NCBI GenBank assembly: GCA_029259155.1
Contig: JAPDJI010000018.1
Location: 1-48,865 of the forward strand
Reading direction: 5' to 3'
Source of the DNA: Candidatus Methanomethylicia archaeon
GTDB lineage: Archaea > Thermoproteota > Methanomethylicia > Nezhaarchaeales > B40-G2
DNA length: 48,865 nucleotides
The notes beneath the pieces were generated by a model. The model saw only the letters and a list, made by a program, of their open reading frames with translations, was not told the DNA's origin and ran no database searches. A program made the translations under genes and the position numbers. The stretch's first letter is position 1. Every line of letters starts with the position of its first letter. Below are positions 48,496 through 48,865 of this stretch, piece by piece.

Positions 48496-48846
48496 TTAAT
48501 CCTTGGACAATTTGAAGGACTTTGATTGATTGACATAACAATCCACGTTGAATAGAACAAGGGTTAAGTCCATCAGGGGATATAGTGAAACGGGAAGCGC
48601 GTTGCAACTTATCCCTATAACTCTTATCTCCCTCAGATCGTTTAACCCGCTGGGTGCGGAGGAGATACGGCATAGTAGAGGAGCCGTACTGGTGACCAAG
48701 GGAGGGGCTTCTTTTTGAAGCTCTGGAAACCTTACTAACAAGCAAAGAATTCTCTCCTCTAGTTTAGCCTCCCGTGATTTGCTTTCTTCTTTTACCTGCT
48801 CTTCTTCTATCTGAGAAACTTCTTCTTCCTTTTGATATTTTGCCAT
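48496..48846 (-). CDS. Hypothetical protein, possibly degraded
   Basis: Plausible acidic N-terminus with GGAG SD; C-terminal half looks non-coding. Confidence 0.3.
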   Translation of the reverse strand: MAKYQKEEEVSQIEEEQVKEESKSREAKLEERILCLLVRFPELQKEAPPLVTSTAPLLCRISSAPSGLNDLREIRVIGISCNALPVSLYPLMDLTLVLFNVDCYVNQSKSFKLSKD

Positions 48847-48865
48847 CTCCTGATATACAGCCTCT

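Larger units (their letters stand above)
41340..48865. mobile_element. Accessory/defence-like island (right end beyond window)
   Basis: Shift from housekeeping genes to nucleases, wHTH regulators, an antitoxin-like gene, an hsdR pseudogene and a truncated glycosyltransferase; more AT-rich by eye; no integrase or att site seen. Confidence 0.6.

Noticed and set aside
154-48745. Many short antisense ORFs in the six-frame track (e.g. 36121-36711, 24891-25460, 33823-34299, 29017-29244)
   Set aside because: Shadows of well-supported genes on the opposite strand with no recognisable motifs
1-48865. CRISPR arrays, tRNA genes, transposases, integrase
   Set aside because: No regularly spaced repeats, cloverleafs or recombinase motifs seen by eye

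Overview
Archaeal chromosome segment of TACK/Thermoproteota type, judged from the crenarchaeal-style EF-2 'EQLRQMT', S14 'GKYKPP' and PolB3; the exact lineage cannot be fixed from sequence alone. About 41 kb is housekeeping: PolB, RecJ-like DHH, DnaG, TyrRS, PheRS, TrpRS, scattered A/V-ATPase genes, an S14-L30 ribosomal operon, EF-2, TFE and Trm56. From about 41.3 kb onward there is an accessory/defence-like island. Main result: two essential translation genes that look broken in the ORF track (ribosomal protein uS5 and EF-2) each contain a short frame-breaking insertion, 28 nt and 32 nt, whose ends form bulge-helix-bulge (BHB) motifs. Cutting at the standard BHB positions restores conserved protein sequence exactly, so these are probable tRNA-endonuclease-spliced mRNA introns. 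A nearby H/ACA-like RNA sits in a similar BHB-like frame. Other notable items: three ribosomal protein genes apparently starting at ACG, an HTH-fused class III RNR homologue that has lost its catalytic residues, a KaiC/V4R module, a CooC with a Lys-to-Arg P-loop under a NikR-like palindrome, and a candidate wHTH-repeat plus nuclease defence operon. All calls come from reading the sequence by eye; no searches were run.
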